From the NCBI RefSeq assembly GCF_018350175.1, contig NC_058368.1, positions 10,292,001-10,356,000 of the forward strand: a DNA stretch of 64,000 nt, given 5' to 3'. This DNA comes from Felis catus. Taxonomy: Eukaryota. A program made the translations under genes and the position numbers. The notes below the pieces were generated by a model, which worked only from the letters and a program-made list of their open reading frames with translations, had not been told where the DNA came from and ran no database searches. This document shows positions 12,408-25,021 of the stretch, in pieces (position 1 is the stretch's first letter; every line of letters begins with the position of its first letter).

Positions 12408-12699
12408 GTGAGTACCGTCTATTTTAGAGTTCAAGAACTTGTAAGAGTTAAAATACTTCCCATTGCTTTGATCAAATCAACCCTCTCAAAAGGCCTCTGA
12501 ATTAGTCAAAATAGGAAAACGGGATTGTAATCCCGAATCCTACTGTTGGGGAAAACAAGATGTATGTACCGCTTGCACAGGACTAAAGGAAGCCATTGGA
12601 AGTCTTCATTTTTTCTTGTAAATGGATCATCGTCTTCCGTGAATTGGTCTGGTATTTTCCTTTAAGTTTAGACACTTAGTAAACTTAATCTTTTTATTA

Positions 12700-12910
12700 C
12701 TTTTTAAATTTAAATTTATTTTTTGAGAGAGAGAGAGAGAGAGCACAGGTGAGAGGGGCAGAGGGAGAAAGAGAGAATCTTAAGCAGTCTTCACGCTTAG
12801 CACAGAGCCTGATACAGAGTTTGATCCCACGAACCTGACTTGATTGTGACTTGATCGGAAATCAAGAGTCAGACACTCAACCTACTGAGCCACCCAGGTG
12901 CAGGTGTCCC
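12700..12910 (-). mobile_element. Older CanSINE
   Basis: Diverged (GA)n tract and ...CTGAGCCACCCAGG head in reverse. Confidence 0.8.
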
Positions 12911-13251
12911 CCCACCTTTTTTTCTTACTGAATTGAAAGGATTCAGTGCTAAGGGCACAACCTGAACTCTGGTGGGGCTGTTCTTTACAATATCTTGATC
13001 TTTCCCCCAGACCCATCACCTGTAAGATGGTTTTCGGCGTATTTTGTTTGATATCTTGGGACTGGCGCTGGAGAACTTGGAGGGTGTGATGTGGTAGGAG
13101 GTAGGGAGAGAATGGTACCAAGGATAATTCAGAAGATTGACCTGCCTTCTACATTCCAACCATCATTAATGGAGCATTGACATATTGATTCAATGTCCCT
13201 TTCATGCTGGAACAGCTTTGGAGCATCTTTCCTCCCTTTTTATCTCATTAG

Positions 13252-13337
13252 TTTAGAGCTGATAGAAGAACAGTTTCTGCTCTCATCCTCCCTTGACTGC
13301 ACCATGTGCCTATGGAGCAGAGATGGGGCATACATAG
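13252..13337 (+). pseudogene. WDR95: WDR95-like exon F (86 nt)
   Basis: cattag|LELIEEQFLLSSSLDCTMCLWSRDGAYI(G)|gtatgg. Confidence 0.85.
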
Positions 13338-13405
13338 GTATGGAATATCCCACCTGGCTGCCTCCTCAGTCTCAGTTCAGGGCTACATATCTTCTCTAAG
13401 GCCAA

Positions 13406-13768
13406 GTGTATTAGTCAGCTCAAGCTGCCTAACAAATACTGTTGACTGGGTGACTGAAACAATAGGCATTTCTTTTCCTACATCAGAATGGTTCTGGAGA
13501 CTGGAAGTCTGAGATCAGGGTGCTGACATGGTCGGGTTCTGGAGAGAACTCTCTTCCTGGCTTACAGAGGGCCATCTTATTGTATCCTTGCGTGGCAGAG
13601 GGATGGCTCTGGTGTCTCTTCTTATCAGATCGCTGTCAGATCAGGGTCCAACCCTCATGAGCTCGTTTTAACCTTAACTGCTTCCATACAGGCTTTATCT
13701 CCAAATATAGTTACACTGGGGGTGGGGCTTTAACATGTGAGTTTTGCAGGAAACAAAATTCAGTCTAT
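13406..13768 (-). mobile_element. MaLR LTR (MLT1 family)
   Basis: TGTATTAGTC..GGTTCTGGAGACTGGAAGTCTGAGATCAGGGTG..AATTCAGTCTATA. Confidence 0.8.
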
Positions 13769-14285
13769 ACCTTAACATCAGCCTACGTTCACAAAAATTG
13801 GCAAAATTAAAGACATTTCAACTTAGAGAGCTCAACTAGACTCAGTGCAGTGAGTTTGGTAAGGAAATGTGTTATCATAGGGTCATATCTTGGTTGGAAC
13901 AATTCAGAACACAGGGAAGGGCCTAGCCTGAGTGGGCTAAAGTAATGAGATTCACCTGACTCACTATGTAGAGACTCTGTACCTATTTCAGCAGGTCAGC
14001 TTGTCTCCCTAGCTGATATTCCTTGAAGCAAGTGCTAAAACTAGAATTTATCCTGTCCGTCCTTAGTTTAGTACTGAGTAACTTATGCACCCATGTGATG
14101 CATTCTGTAGGAGGCATTCCAGGCTCAAGTCTCCAGAGCCAACTGCCCTGGAGTTGTTTCTTACAGAACCACAGAAGCAGAACTAAATTTGATTAGGTTG
14201 ACCTAACAACCTTAGCAGTAAGCTTTGCTCTGATTAGAAGATAGGTTAGCTTCTGTACTATGCTTATTTGTCTCTATTCCTCCAG

Positions 14286-14470
14286 GAACCTTTGGGCAGC
14301 ATAACCCCTGGGCTATTTTCATTCCTGCCCCCGGGAGCCACCCTAGAGTGCCCTATGAAATTTTGACAGATCCCCAGAGCATGCCTGCTCCCCCAGTGGT
14401 GGAAGGGGATGTTGCTGCCATGCACAAAGGAAAGGAGGAGCGAGACAATGTGGTGGAGGAAAAGGCTAAG
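14286..14470 (+). pseudogene. WDR95: WDR95-like exon G (185 nt)
   Basis: ctccag|(G)TFGQHNPWAIFIPAPGSHPRVPYEILTDPQSMPAPPVVEGD...EEKAK|gttggt. Confidence 0.8.
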
Positions 14471-16426
14471 GTTGGTCCTGGTCCATCCAATTCACCTGCA
14501 TTTTCGGATTTTGTGGCTTCCAGGCAGATCAGCATGGAATACAAACTGCAGACTGAAAGAGTCAGGGGATGACCCAGAGAACAAGTAAACATAGAGATTT
14601 AAAGTGTGTCCCGAGATCGTGCTTCCGACCAGGTAGGGTGGGGGAGGGGGTGGTTGTGGGTGCATCTGTGGGAATGATTGAAGCTCATCCCCCTAGCGTC
14701 GCTTGACTTTGTCCTCCTTTGACTGATAAAAAGGCAATTATTCATGGCCTTGGAAGGTAAGGAGACCCAGGATCATGCTCAGCCCAACTGTCACATCTGA
14801 GAAGGACAGACACTGCAAATTCAGCCCACGGCACACACTCTCTATTAAGAAACACACACAGAAGCTTGGCTTCCAAGTGAAAGGAAGAAATGAATGAGTT
14901 AGTGCCCCAGTCTATGAAAGTCAAAACTGGAGAAAGAGATTTTAAGAGGGCCCTGGTAGATGCAGTCTTGATTTAGAGCTTAGTGAAAATATATGGATTT
15001 CCAAGAAATGCTTGCCCTTTAATAAATTGAAAAGAAGGTCATTTCATGAGCTATTGCTCACTGGTTATGTTACAACTCAAAGCAGAACACCTGCTCTGCC
15101 AGCAAAATAATGTGTCTCGGGTTTTTCCTTGGCAGCCTCCTAGAATACTGATCACACGGTATGACCTCGTCGCTGACTTTTGTGTAGAGCCCCAAACACG
15201 TTCAAAATAGGAAATAAAGGGACTGGGCAGGCATAGATCAAGAAAACCTTCTGTCTTGTCAGAGGCCTCTCACATTTCCACGATCCTGTTCTCATAAGCA
15301 TTCCCAAGGTAACAAAGAGGTGCGGTGGTAGCCCTCAGGAGATCAGAATGTGTCTACCCAGCACCATTGGTCTATTTAGAAATACAATAATTTCAGTGCG
15401 CGTTTGATACGGAGCAAATAAATGAGTTCATTAATTTTGATGGGCCCGCCATTTGAAAACAAAAGCCCAGAGGGCGGAGGGAAGAGAGGAAGGCCAGAGG
15501 AAGGGAAAAATGCTGATGTGCTCAGAAGCCAGGCGAGTGCTTGGCTGGAAGGCGAAATCCCACTGCAAGTGGAATGTAGGAACAGGAAGGGAGCGGAGGG
15601 AGGGCAAGGCAGGAGGAAGAGGGAGAAGAGGAGGAAAAGGAAGAGGCAGGGTGGGGAGGAAGCCGCTCGGTTCCAGAAATCAAAACAGATCATTGACATG
15701 ATGTTGGTTCTCTGAGGGTGAAAGAGAGTGGGGCAGTCGGTTCCAGGATGGATTTTGGTCTTCGCTGGTAGACCATCAGGCGCATCTGTGTTTATTTTTC
15801 TGTCCAATTTGACTGCTGGTACCCCCAGGAAACAGTCTGCAAATTCTTTCCCAGAGAAATAGGGCAAAAGGAAAGAACCTGAGCCCTTATATAGTGTATT
15901 TGGACCATTCGATGGGACCCCAAACTGTGAAATTGCAGAATAAAGTGTTTATGAGGTAGGGTCGCCGGAGTTCTGCTGTTAAATTCACCTTCATTAGTTG
16001 CGTGACCTCCAGCAATCACTTCCATTAATCTGTGAAATGAGAGGCGGGATTAGCTGATCTGTGAGTTTTATTCCAGCTCTAAAAATGTTACGTTTCTCTG
16101 AATGTCTGTTTTGCAAAACCGAATGTGTTGATTGGATTCTGGGTGTCAGTAGCGATTCTTCCCGAATACCAGCAGATCAAACACAACCACAACTGAAGTA
16201 AGTTGATGGAATGCAGAAAATCATTCACCTGGAAAATATCACATAGGAGTTGGTGGTTTCAAATTTGAGTAAAAGCTCGGGGGAAAATGCTCTTGTTTTG
16301 TAACAGATTCAGCCAGCCTGTATCTTGTTCCAACACAGAAAAATGCATGTAACTGACAAGCTATCTCTGTTCCCTGTCACCATTATGATCCTGGGTTCCC
16401 ATTCCCACAAGTGTTCCTTCTCCCAG

Positions 16427-16524
16427 CCTGAAAAAACCCCTAACCCTTGCTCTCCAGAAGACTCCATCCTTGAAGTTGAACTGAAACAAGACATAAATCA
16501 ATGGTATGCATTTTGCAACGGCAG
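16427..16524 (+). pseudogene. WDR95: Probable WDR95-like exon H (98 nt)
   Basis: ttctcccag|PEKTPNPCSPEDSILEVELKQDINQWYAFCNG|gtgagc; phase 0 matches exon G; low-complexity region so homology is not verifiable by eye. Confidence 0.55.
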
Positions 16525-17461
16525 GTGAGCCGAACCGGAACAGCCAGGTCAAAGCGAGGGCCCCCTTGAAGTAAGGCAGCCTTTCCTGGCTGAGGCATCC
16601 TGGGCTACTCTGCCATCAGCATGAGTCACTTGTCCCTAAGCCCCGCAGCCTGTGAGTATAATGAGGTCACCATTCAAATCTCACCAGTTTAACATCCTGC
16701 CTGCATGATTTAGATCTAGGCCGTGGGGCTGTGTGAGTGACGACACCATCCCGACATGCCCAGTTCCTTGGTGCAGTGGCTCTAGGTCATCAGCAGCCCA
16801 GGCGCCTTCTTCATACTTCTACCCACTATCTTAGCTCCGGTTTCTGTCTTCCCTATCACCTTATAGCTGCCAGGGCCTCCCACCTTCCAGACAGTGTGAA
16901 GAAACTGAGGCATGGCAAACAGAGGTCCAAGACAAAGGGGAGGCACCTCCCAGCCAGATCAGCAACCTTTATGGACTTTTCTAGAAGGTCCCATACACTG
17001 CTGCTTACACCCTGTTGGCCAGAACGCAGTCACGTGGGCCACACCTAGCTGCAAGAGGAGTTCAGAGTTCTGTAACCAAGGAGGAAAGGAACAAAGGATT
17101 TTTGGTAGACAACTAGCAATCTCTATTTCAGGGGGTCACATAGGAACATGTCTCAGATGCTATCAAAATTGGAGAGCATCACACACAGAAACACCATCCA
17201 TCATGGGCATCATTTAGCCACGAATCTAAAGTTGGCTTTGGGAGAATTTTTGGCCAGTTAGAAAATGACATGGACTAGGATTAGAGTTACAGGTCTGTCT
17301 TTGAAAACAGTGTGACCTCAGGCAAGTCACTTAAACTTCCTGTTATACACATGGAGATCTCCTCTGTCCTCAGACACGTGGGGTTTGAGCAGCAGAATCG
17401 GTGTCATTCTTTATTCACCTTCGCAGAACCTGCTTGGGTTTTAGTTTCCCCTCCTGGGAGC

Positions 17462-17797
17462 ATTAGTCTGCTCAGGCTGCTGTCACAAAATATCAGACTG
17501 AGCGGCTTAAGCCACAGGCATTCATTCACGTAGCTCTGGAGGGTGGAAGTCTGAGATCAAGGTTCTGGACAATCCTGTTCCAGGTGAGGGCCTTCTTCCT
17601 GGCTTTCAGTTGCCACCTTCTCACCGTGTCCTCATGGGGTGGAACACGAACAATGTCTCTTCCTCTTCTTGTGAAGGCACCGATCCTATGACCTCATCAA
17701 CCCTAATTACCTCCCAAAGACCCCGTGTCCAAATACCATCACACTGGGGATTAGGGCTCCAACATCTGAGCTTTGAGGGACACCTTGCAGTCCATCA
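17462..17797 (-). mobile_element. MaLR LTR (MLT1 family)
   Basis: ATTAGTCTGCTCAGGCTGC..CTCTGGAGGGTGGAAGTCTGAGATCAAGG..CCAAATACCATCACACTGGGGATTAGG. Confidence 0.8.
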
Positions 17798-18288
17798 CCG
17801 GAGACTGTTATGGGTGTGGGGCGGGGCAAGGCTTCCAAACAGCATAAGCCAGCAGTAAGATGCCACCGACACTCGCTCCGTCCACTCCGAGTGGGCTGGC
17901 ATGGAAGCTGGCTCTGGACACAGAGCTGATTTTCTACCTCTTTCTGTTGACTGGCCTCAAGAATGGAATGCAAAGGGGGAGCTGTGAACAGTGAAGGAAA
18001 GAGGCCAGAGCGGGGCTGCCTCGCAGGTCCCAACCAGGAAGGGAACCAGTGGAAATACTCTCATCCAACTGGATCAACACCTGTGGTTGTTGGGCTACTG
18101 AAAAACGTATGTTTTCTAAGGCAGGGAACCGACGTACGTACAGTAAATGTTTTATTTCAACTTGCAACAGTGAAATGTACACCCATTCCCCAATCTTTGG
18201 ATGTTGGGCCAAGGCTTTTTCTTCAACTAAGAGATGAGTTCAGCACAGTCTTCCTTAAATCCATTACATATGACTTTCAGGTTTTGCT

Positions 18289-18502
18289 TTTTTTTTTTTT
18301 TTTTTAATGTTTATTTTTGAAGGAGAGGGACAGAACATGAGCGGGAGAGCGGCAGAGACAGAGCGAGGCACAGAATCCGAAGCAGGCTCCGGGCTCTGAG
18401 CTGTCAGCACAGAGCCTGACATGGAGCTCGAACTCACAATCTGTGAGCCCGTGACCTGAGTGGAGTCAGTCGCACAACAGTCTGAGCCACCCAGGCACCC
18501 CC
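18289..18502 (-). mobile_element. CanSINE
   Basis: Poly-T, ACAGAATCCGAAGCAGGCTCC...GAGCCACCCAGGCACCCC. Confidence 0.9.
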
Positions 18503-20199
18503 TTTTTTTGCTTTTTTTAAGTTGAGCAAGAACCCGAAGGTATTTGCAAAACAATATGAGCACAGCGGACTCCTAGATTTTTTAGAATTTTCCGCCAAGC
18601 TTTAAAAGTTGTCCCATCTATCCTCAATTCAATATCACCCTTCCTCTAGTCTTTCCAAAGAATTCATCTCAGTTCTTACAAGGTTTTGGGCACATTTTCA
18701 TCTCATTTAAATAAATATATAATTGCAGTAAAATGTCCCACTGGCATAAACAGGGCTGGGAACACACACAGCAGGTCCTTGTTAAGTGTACAACTCAACC
18801 CTCGACCATTGGGAGCAGACGTGCCATCTGCCAGATGTGATCGTTGGGAGGCTGCGGGCATCTGGCAGGGTGTTTACAGAGTCAGTCAGTCAATCCACGA
18901 GTTCTGTCAGGAGGGCGTCTGTTATATGTGAGCCTTGGAGCGGCAAGGATTCACCTACAAATCACACTGACGCTTTCCCTGGACGGCTTGGCTGTAGCAC
19001 TGAGGACAAGAAGCAGAGACCACGAGCAGCAAGGGGGAGGGAGAAGATCCTGTCACTGCACTACCTGCGTCGGTGCTACCTCACCTACATTCTCTGAGTG
19101 GGGCCCGGCCTTCTCCAATAGCACACGCCTTACTCAACGCCAAAAAATGTTGAGGGTCTTCTGTCCGGGGCCACCTCTGACAGTCAGGTGGGAATCACGA
19201 AATTATTTTGTTTGGTCCTCACAACATCCTGGAGAGGTACGACGTGTTATCCACACTTACGGATAAGGAAACCGAGGCTTCGAGTTTGCCCAAAGTCAGA
19301 CCACTGTTCGGTGGTGAGGCAGGCGTGTGGTGCCACTGCTCTGTGAAAGGCCATACCGCAGAGAAGGGCTCAGGTCTGAGCACAGAAAGGAAAGCATAAT
19401 TTTTAAATGCTCCAGACGCTACGTAGAAGCTGTTGGCTGGGGGCAGATTATCGTGGAATCAAGCGTCCTCCCCCGAATGCGGGCCCGAGTGACGGCGCTA
19501 GTGTTAACTTGCTGAAACACACGCTGGCTGGAGTTCACTTACACGGAGAGGGGTGGCCAAGCGGCCAAGAGTAGATGGCTCCCAGGCTGTGTAGGGCAAA
19601 GTGAGGCTGGGAGAGGCAGACTGGGAAATCATCTCCAGAGACACGGTACCAGGAAGGCGAGCGGATGACCCAGTGGCTGTGCATGGAGCGGAGAGAGGGA
19701 AAGGGTACCTTTGGGCTCTCAGAGACGTGGAGGGGGTGCTGCCTGAGGCCACGGAATCCAGTAGAGAGACAGAGAATGGCCCCACAGAGACAACCATGCT
19801 CCAGCAAAGCGTAGGTGAGTGTACCTCCTGTCCCTGGTAGATCAAGAACATTCAGGCTTGGTCTCGAGATTTTTTCTGAAAGTCGTCAGTGAGGACTTCC
19901 AAGGAGTTTGTTCAGCATTCATGCTGCACTATTCGTCGAGCACCGCTCTGTGCGGGACACGGTGGGAGTAGGAGGGAGTCTGTGACCCAAAGGAGTCCAC
20001 ACTCAGGGATGCAGGGCGTAGTCTCCAGGCTCCCCCACCCTTCACCGCTTAGCTGCCCCTTGACAGTAGGGGTGCAAAGCATTGTGGGAACATCAGTGTG
20101 GGGGCCCACGGAGGGGAGGGCTTCCTGGAGGAAAGGCATTCACACCCCGACCTGAAAGTTGAGTAGAACTCAGCCAATTGAAAGAGAACTTTTAGAAAA

Positions 20200-20535
20200 G
20201 GAATTGCCGCCACAGCACGGAGGCACCTTGAGGACATTCAGCTGAGTGAAATCAGCCAGACCCAGGAGGACGAAGACTATATGACTGCCCTTACATGAGG
20301 GACTGAGAGGAGTCAGATTCATAGGGACAGAGAGTAGGACGGTGGGTGCAGGGGCTGGGGGAAGAGGGGAGTACAGAGCTGTTGTCTAGTGGGGATCGAG
20401 TTTCCATTTTACGAGATGCGAGAGCTCCAGACATGGGTGGTGGTGAACGGGCTTAATGCCACCCAACTGTCCTGCAGTTAACGTGGGGCTAAGATGGTCA
20501 ATTGTGTGTTATGCATGTCTTACCGCAATTAAAAG
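20200..20535 (+). mobile_element. Old L1M 3'-end fragment
   Basis: CTTGAGGACATT..AGTGAAATCAGCCAGAC..GAGGAGTCAGATTCATAGGGACAGAGAGTAG resembles the L1MB/MC 3' end. Confidence 0.7.
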
Positions 20536-23500
20536 TGAAAGGCAGGGCGGACGGAGGGAGGCAGGAGCATGAGGCAAGGCCCAGGGCAAGAGAGAAAGGT
20601 GGAGGAGTTCTGGGAGTGTGAGAAGCTCCGTGTGCTGGCACAGAGTCTGGGGGGGAGGTGACCGTGGCCAGGACTTGACCACGGAAGGAAGGATTTTGAG
20701 GGGCGGAAGTAGAAGGCTCTCCAAGGTGTTTCAAATTCAGCAGGAGGGAGAAGAGCTGGTGATAGAGGGTCAAATCGAAGAGAGGAGCACGCGCATGTTT
20801 TTGCAAATGGAAGCGGTGCTGTGATGGGAAGGACCACCGTGCCGAAGGGGGGGCTTCCGGTTAAGCGGGAGGCAGCAGGTGCCTGAGGGATCCGCACGCT
20901 CATCTGGTCCTTCTCCTGCAAGCTGCCGCTGGAGCGGAACCAGCCTTCCCGGAGAACGCCTGAGCTGGGGTGGCCCGGCATCTACCAGACCCTCCGGTGC
21001 CACCGGGTCGCCTGCATGTCGGCTGTCGGGGAGAAGCCAGACTTGCCTATTATCGGCTCGGATTTGTTGAATTTAAATTGTCCTGCACAGGAAAAAGGAG
21101 GAAGCGAAGCCGCCCAGAAGGAGCACTGATCACCCAGCAGTTTCCGTGTCTGGGCTCTGAAGAGACCAGGGTGCTCTTTCCTTGGCAAATTCTTCTTCCC
21201 CAGTTAATCCAGTTGACTGACTCAGAGTAACCTTTGCCCGACGGGGCCCAAGAAGAACAAAACAAGAAATGATGTCTGCCAATGTGGGCTTCCTCCCAAA
21301 ACAATTAGAGCTTGAAGTGAAGCCCACGGGTCAGATTCGAGGTTTTTCTTCCTCGGAAGCCTCGATTTCACTGAGCGCAGACGGCACAGAGCCGATGGGC
21401 TGCAGTTCCGTCACGACCCAGGTGTCCCCGACACCTCCTGCCCCCAGGTGGGGTGGGACCATGGAGAGGAAAGGGACGCTGTTGGTAAAAAAAATAACTA
21501 ACAATTTTGAAAGTCTGTTTTGTGCCAGGCAAGCCTCAGTTAAGACCTTGGACGTATTATCTCCTTTATTCCTAATAACACCCCTATGGAGAGGTACTGT
21601 GATTATACCATTTCACCAACAAGGAAAGTGAGGTTCTGGGAGTTTTAAATGACCGGCTGATGGTTATCAGTTAAGTAAATGGCGCAAGAAAATTCAGAGG
21701 CCACAAGTTCTAACCAACAACGCAGACTCTCAGGGTAGAGAAAAGCAAGTTTCAGGAATAATATCAGAAGGCCAATTGCCGGGTCCTTTCCAAGCGTGGC
21801 TCTAAAGCAGCCATTTGAAAGCTCTCAGCCCCCTCAGAGATCCCAACAGTGGTAGAGAAAGAATAATGATGCAACTACCAGTTACAGAGCACTTGCTATG
21901 CTGATCTCTTCACAGGCATCATTTAACCTTGAAGCAGCCTAGGGAAGGTGCATCCCTCCTTGTTAGATGAGCAAACTGGTCCTCAGAGAGATTACGTTTT
22001 TTTTTTTTTTTTTCCTAAAGGCACCCAAGCCAAAATATCCCAACTTCAAACCTTAGTTTGGCCCCAGTCACTGGGCTATAAATCTCCACCCTTAATCCAA
22101 AGCCATCATTTTGCAAATGAGGACAGTAAGGGACAGAGTCCGTGACTGCAAACACAGGAAGTCTCTTGACCCTCCAGTCCGGTACTTGCCAGTACTGCTC
22201 ACCTGCTCTTTGGTCAGCCCATGACCTTCTTCACACTGGGGCAAGCGGGGCGCTGTCCTGGCCGTGCCCGTCCCCGTAGGGCAAGGGGTCTGCGGGACGA
22301 AGGAGAAGCGTCCCCCTTCTGGACCATGCTGCAGGTCCTGGGCCCTGGAGATGTCGTGCCCAGATGGCCCTGAGTCCGTGTCCAGGGCCATGAATGCAGT
22401 GTCTTCGGGGATTCATCCATCCGTGGAGAGACCACACAGTCCCAGCCCAGCAAGGGGGCAAAGGGGTGGGTGTTTGCTGGGGTGCAGACACACATTGGGT
22501 GTGCTGGCTGGGGGTGCCATCCACGCCCCTCATGGTGCAGGAGGAAGCTAAGGGTGGAGGGAGAAAGCGGGTGAGCTGCGGGCTGGGAGCCAGGGGCTGC
22601 CCTCCCTGCATTGTCACATAACCACGGAGCCACGAGGACTCCAAAATTTTACGCCCGTACTGGCCTTCTGGGGCCTTACGCACCTCCAAGGTGGGAGGAT
22701 AGAACATTTGTCACCTGCTGAACATTTTATTGGACACTTTGTTAACTTGATATTTAACTTTTCAAGACTGAGTCTCCATCTGTACTCTTGCCCTGGACTC
22801 CCAAGTAGAGGTGAGCCTGTGCCCACTTCTCTTTCACTTCTCCGACTCCTCCACTCCCAGACCTCAAGGCCCCCGGGGCCTTGTTCCCTATTCCACCTTG
22901 GCCAAGAATGCCGGATCCTCACTGGGCACGTTTCAGGAGCCCCGTCCCATCCCCCACCATGACTGGCATTTCACACGTGTCTATGTCCAGCCACTCCCGG
23001 GAAGAGGCTGCTCTTTCCGGTTAAGTTGCATGATCGTTCCCTGGGATTTTTCTGACCCAACCACACAGGAACCTCCAGCTGGTGCCGGTGGAGAACCCTC
23101 ACCTCAGTGAAGACTCCTGGCTACCCGTTAGGCAATCCAAACTTAGGCAAAACGAGAAATTTATTGGTTTGTAGAACCATGGGAAACATTATGACCAAGA
23201 ACTTAAAAGCCCCATCAGGGCTAACGTCCCATCCTTGTCCCTGTGATATTGTCTGTTCTCTCTCTGTCTGTCTCTCTCTGTCTGCAGACCAGTTCTGTCC
23301 ACGGTGCAGGAAACACGGCCACAACAGTCTCTGGGTTTAATTTGTAGCCTGAACTCCACAGAGAGACTGACGTCAGGTTCTCTTGGGGTTCTAAGTCTCA
23401 CATCCCTAGCAAAGGGACTTGCTGACATATCTTGAGTCAGCACTTACCTTGGCTCAGACCGAGTGAGGGCCGCAGCCTGGTTCCTTTAAAAATGGCTGGT

Positions 23501-24947
23501 CTCGTAGAGCCACAGTGATGCCAAGGACCGTTCCCTGGAGAAGAGGAGGGTGCTGAGTAGACAAACAATCCTCTCCGTGTCTCCGAAAGCTAGACAATTG
23601 ATTCCCACTGCCTCAGACTAGCAAACTATGCCTATCTGCCTGCCTTTCCCCCACCTTCCCTCTCTCCTTCCCTCCTTCCTTCCCTTCTTCCTGACATGGA
23701 TTTAAATCCCGAGTTTTCTCCTTCCTACTGAACCCAGGCTCCAGAGGCACAGAGAGGACCCACTCTCAGTTTTATCATCAGCTTGCGGATGGGCCAGAGT
23801 ATATTACTACTTATCCCTTAAGCCTGAATATCTTCCCCTGCTACAAAGGGTAGGGGGAGCTGTGTGCACCCCCACCCCCGGATTTTGCCCTTCCGTGTTG
23901 GAATCTTTGAGCCTCCTGAGCAACCAACCCACCTTGGCCGGACCCCTTTCCCCATCCTGCTTTATGTAAACCTTCCAACACTGGATCTCTCCCCATTTTA
24001 ATGAAGTACTCATTTTTAATCCTTTATTTTTGGACCATAACATTTCGAGTTTAATCCTCAGGGTTCTAGCCTGCCTACTTGGTACTATTTTAAATTGAGA
24101 GCTCTGCATTAATGCTGTTTTGCTGAGGGCAGTGTTCCCTCCATTAACTAATCCCTTGAGGAAATAATGCCATTATATGAAGTCAGCGGCGTTCAAAACA
24201 AAACCCTATCTTATAAATCACGTCAAGCGGGGTTCCAGATACCTCCAGGTGCAACTTCCAGTGGGTCTGGACTTGTTGGGAGAAAATGGGGCAAAGCAGT
24301 GGAAAACATCTGCCTTTTTTTTCTGACCCGGTTCTTCTTTCCCCCCTTCCCACTCTTCCTACCTCTGCAGCCAGAATCCTGCTTTCTCACCTGTCCACTG
24401 GCGGTCACAACGGGAGCGGAGATACGCCAGCCATTACCCACCGGTCCTTGCCGACGTAAGTTTGGGAAATGCTGGATTCATGATCGTTAAGCAGATTTGT
24501 TTACCTCTGACCCCACATCAAGCCGATCACCTCCAAAAGGCAGCACCTCCCACCACCCCCACAGGGCAGCCAGGGCTTCAGCCTATGGATGTGGGAGTGT
24601 TACCAACACTCAGTCCCTAACAGAGAGGCGACTTGCTCAGGATAATAAGCAAGAAGGTGGCAAGAGCCAGGTCTGGGACCGATGATGTCTCTAGATTCCT
24701 ACGTCTGTCCTCTTCCCTTTGTAAGTAAAGGACAGCGTGAGGCATCGTGGACCAGCAGGTGGGGTGGGCAGCTGGTAGGAAGGATGAGACTTGATACGAT
24801 CCGAGATGCTGATGATGCCTGGCATCTGAGCAGGGGCCCCGGGGGATCCAACTTCGGCCCGCCAGTAATCCCCCCTTCTGGTGAGATCCCAGAGGGAGAC
24901 CCACAACAGGGAATAATGGAAGATGGAAACAAGGGCCATTTTATTGC

Positions 24948-25021
24948 TAGCCGAGACGACTGGTTTTAGCCGAGATGACTGGTTTTAGCCAAGACGACTG
25001 ATTTTAGCCGAGACGACTGGT
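24948..25021. repeat. 19-bp tandem repeat, ~3.9 copies
   Basis: TAGCCGAGACGACTGGTTT repeated with 1-2 substitutions per copy. Confidence 0.9.

Larger units (their letters stand above)
852..16524 (+). pseudogene. WDR95: 3' portion of a WDR49-like WD40-repeat gene (probable WDR95), inactivated; 5' exons lie upstream of the window and the terminal exon was not identified
   Basis: Eight spliced exons give WD40 motifs (GHKEDILCV..TSSYDGEVIIWN; SSSLDCTMCLWS..G.YIGTFGQ..W) collinear with WDR49. Position convergent with HSPH1 matches human WDR95P / mouse Wdr95 as recalled. Four disabling lesions. Confidence 0.82.

Noticed and set aside
14734..14756. 23-nt microexon (aag|GCAATT..GAAG|gtaagg) in the WDR95-like gene
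   Set aside because: Good donor but purine-rich acceptor, and inclusion would break the G-H phase.
15376..15867. 163-aa minus ORF and overlapping basic ORFs
   Set aside because: Produced by a purine-rich (GGA/GAA) low-complexity tract; no domain or splice support.
24948..25021. CRISPR-like array
   Set aside because: Repeats are directly adjacent with no spacers; mammalian DNA; no cas genes.
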